From contig JAUREJ010000008.1 of assembly GCA_030827475.1 (NCBI GenBank), positions 95-64,094 on the forward strand: a stretch of DNA of 64,000 nucleotides, read 5' to 3'. Under the pieces are notes generated by a model. The model was given only the letters and a program-made list of their open reading frames with translations. It had not been told where the DNA came from and ran no database searches. The position numbers and the translations under genes are program-made. Below, piece after piece: positions 62,707 through 64,000 of the stretch (the first letter of the stretch is position 1; each line of letters starts with the position of its first letter). This DNA is from Poseidonia sp. (GTDB lineage: Archaea; Thermoplasmatota; Poseidoniia; Poseidoniales; Poseidoniaceae).

Positions 62707-63683
62707 GCTTTGACCTCAATCATCGGCCTACTTGAACCGCACGAGGGGCATAACTGGTCGTCACCCGTACCGTAATCGTGCTTGCACGCAGGGCAGGCCG
62801 AGGCGAGTTCCATCCTGCCCATCGCCTCCACGGCTTCGCCCTGAAGAGAGATGTAACCGCTCGCAACGTTGCCCACGGTGTAGCGTCCGGCACCGCCGAG
62901 CCTGACCAAGAGGTCGGGAGGCAGCGTGACGGTGCCCGTCTCGTCGATGATGAGTTCACGGTCTTGACTCAAGTCCTCGACGTTGACGCCTTCCCCGTGT
63001 TCAGCCACGAAGCGGCCGTCTCGCAATTCCAGCGACCGGTTGGCGAAAGCAGCGACCTCCTTCGAGTGGGTCACGATGAGGAAGGACACCCCGTCGTTTT
63101 TGTGCAGGTCCTTGAACAGCGCCAAGACCTCCCGACTGGTCACGGGATCCAGCGCCCCGGTGGGCTCGTCGGCAAGGATGAGGCGAGGTTGGGTGATGAG
63201 CGCCCGAGCGATGGCGACGCGCTGCTGCTCACCACCGCTGAGCATGGCGGGCAGGGCTTGAATCCGGTGGGCCATGCCGAGACGTTTGAGCATGGCATCG
63301 GCGAGCGCAAGCGCCTTCTTTGAGGCGACCCCTTGGTGGCGAAGCGGTTGGGCAACGTTGTCCCGAGCGTTCAAGTCGGGCAACAGGTTCCCTTCTTGGA
63401 AGATGAACGAGACCGTCTTTTGGCGCAGTTCAACCAGTTCTTGACCGGTGAGCCGAGTCATGTTCTTGCCGGCCAAACTGACCGAACCTGCGCTCGGTTT
63501 CATCAAACCGCCAAGGCACTTCATGAGGGTGGATTTTCCGGAACCGGAGGGACCGACCACGGCGATGGCTTCGCCGGCTTTCATGTTGATGTGAAGGCCG
63601 CGGAGCGCCACGACGTTGCCGTCCTCGGCCTTCGATTCATAGACGTGATAGAGGCCATCGGCTTGCAGAATCGTTTCGCTCAT
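62703..63683 (-). CDS. ABC transporter ATP-binding protein (MacB/LolD-type) with ~95-aa C-terminal AbrB-like + zinc-ribbon extension
   Basis: 326 aa from ATG 63683. Walker A GPSGSGKST, signature LSGGEQQRVAIARAL, Walker B LILADEPTGALD, H-loop IVTHS. Extension LIIDETGTVTLPPDLLVRLGGAGRYTV then CPACKHDYGTGDDQLCPSCG. Confidence 0.9.
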   Translation of the reverse strand: MSETILQADGLYHVYESKAEDGNVVALRGLHINMKAGEAIAVVGPSGSGKSTLMKCLGGLMKPSAGSVSLAGKNMTRLTGQELVELRQKTVSFIFQEGNLLPDLNARDNVAQPLRHQGVASKKALALADAMLKRLGMAHRIQALPAMLSGGEQQRVAIARALITQPRLILADEPTGALDPVTSREVLALFKDLHKNDGVSFLIVTHSKEVAAFANRSLELRDGRFVAEHGEGVNVEDLSQDRELIIDETGTVTLPPDLLVRLGGAGRYTVGNVASGYISLQGEAVEAMGRMELASACPACKHDYGTGDDQLCPSCGSSRPMIEVKA

Positions 63684-63685
63684 CT

Positions 63686-64000
63686 TCACTCCCCCTTCAG
63701 CACGCTGGCCAAATCCGCCTTCAAGGCCCGTCGAGTCGTCACCAACAGCGCCACGACCACGGCTGCGAACACGGCGAGGGACACCAGAATGATCTGGGTC
63801 CACGGGTACACCAGTGTTCGTTGGATGGTGGTGGTTGAACCGCCGAAGATTTGGAAGATGAAGCCGAAGACGTCGAAGAACCCGTTGAACGACAACGCCA
63901 GGCCAACACCGAGCACGATGCCCAGCGCCATGGAGACCATCACGATGGAGAGGATCTCAAACAACACGAGACGGATGATTTGGTTGGGCGAAGCCCCAAT
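63686..64000 (-). CDS. ABC transporter permease, FtsX/MacB-type (C-terminal part; gene continues beyond window)
   Basis: The reading frame is open to the window edge (IGASPNQIIRLVLFEILSIVMV...LVTTRRALKADLASVLKGE). Its stop lies 2 nt before the ATPase ATG. Confidence 0.8.
   Translation of the reverse strand: MGASPNQIIRLVLFEILSIVMVSMALGIVLGVGLALSFNGFFDVFGFIFQIFGGSTTTIQRTLVYPWTQIILVSLAVFAAVVVALLVTTRRALKADLASVLKGE

Noticed and set aside
1-64000. Search for CRISPR arrays, transposases, integrases, phage genes, toxin-antitoxin pairs, or a genomic island next to the tRNA.
   Set aside because: I saw no direct-repeat/spacer periodicity, no recombinase-like translations, and no att-like duplication of the tRNA 3' end. 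Composition is uniform apart from short AT-rich promoter patches. The window looks like core chromosome.

Overview
GC-rich, very gene-dense chromosomal segment with about 55 protein genes, one tRNA and almost no non-coding DNA. Several convergent gene pairs overlap or abut at their stop codons. The gene content suggests a streamlined marine euryarchaeon of the Marine Group II / Poseidoniales type. Supporting genes are a TrmB-type regulator, a Taw2/TYW2-type wybutosine enzyme, stand-alone Lrp/AsnC RAM-domain proteins, class II photolyase, crtI/crtB, many exported peptidases and giant C-terminally anchored surface proteins. A TATA-like box at a fixed ~29 nt from most first-gene ATGs fits the same picture. 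This placement is inference: there is no rRNA in the window and no search was run. Housekeeping genes include thiolase, rph, tRNA-Phe, mogA, pyrC, M32 and M29 peptidases, thiamine pyrophosphokinase, ribA, bcp, uvrC, gpmA, a cyclophilin, an S15 peptidase, a tungsten-type aldehyde:ferredoxin oxidoreductase and a MacB/FtsX-type ABC transporter. About 18 kb (~28%) encodes five large type-I-anchored surface proteins: an FG-GAP/TSP3 giant, a PPC/TSP3 protein, an Ig-like protein, a beta-helix/PKD giant and an orphan 1014-aa protein. I saw no CRISPR array, transposase, integrase or prophage signature. The observations I rate most worth follow-up are these. (1) A translationally coupled three-gene surface module (TSP3 protein, Ig-like protein with a WW-like cytoplasmic tail, DUF4105 protein). 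(2) A giant adhesin co-transcribed with a cytosolic EF-hand/zinc-ribbon protein. (3) A wHTH-STAND NTPase abutting twin RAM-domain genes. (4) An ABC ATPase with an AbrB-like plus zinc-ribbon C-terminal extension. (5) A window-wide leaderless-promoter pattern, including a single shared bidirectional box. All domain calls come from motif recognition by eye in the supplied translations, not from HMM or BLAST searches.
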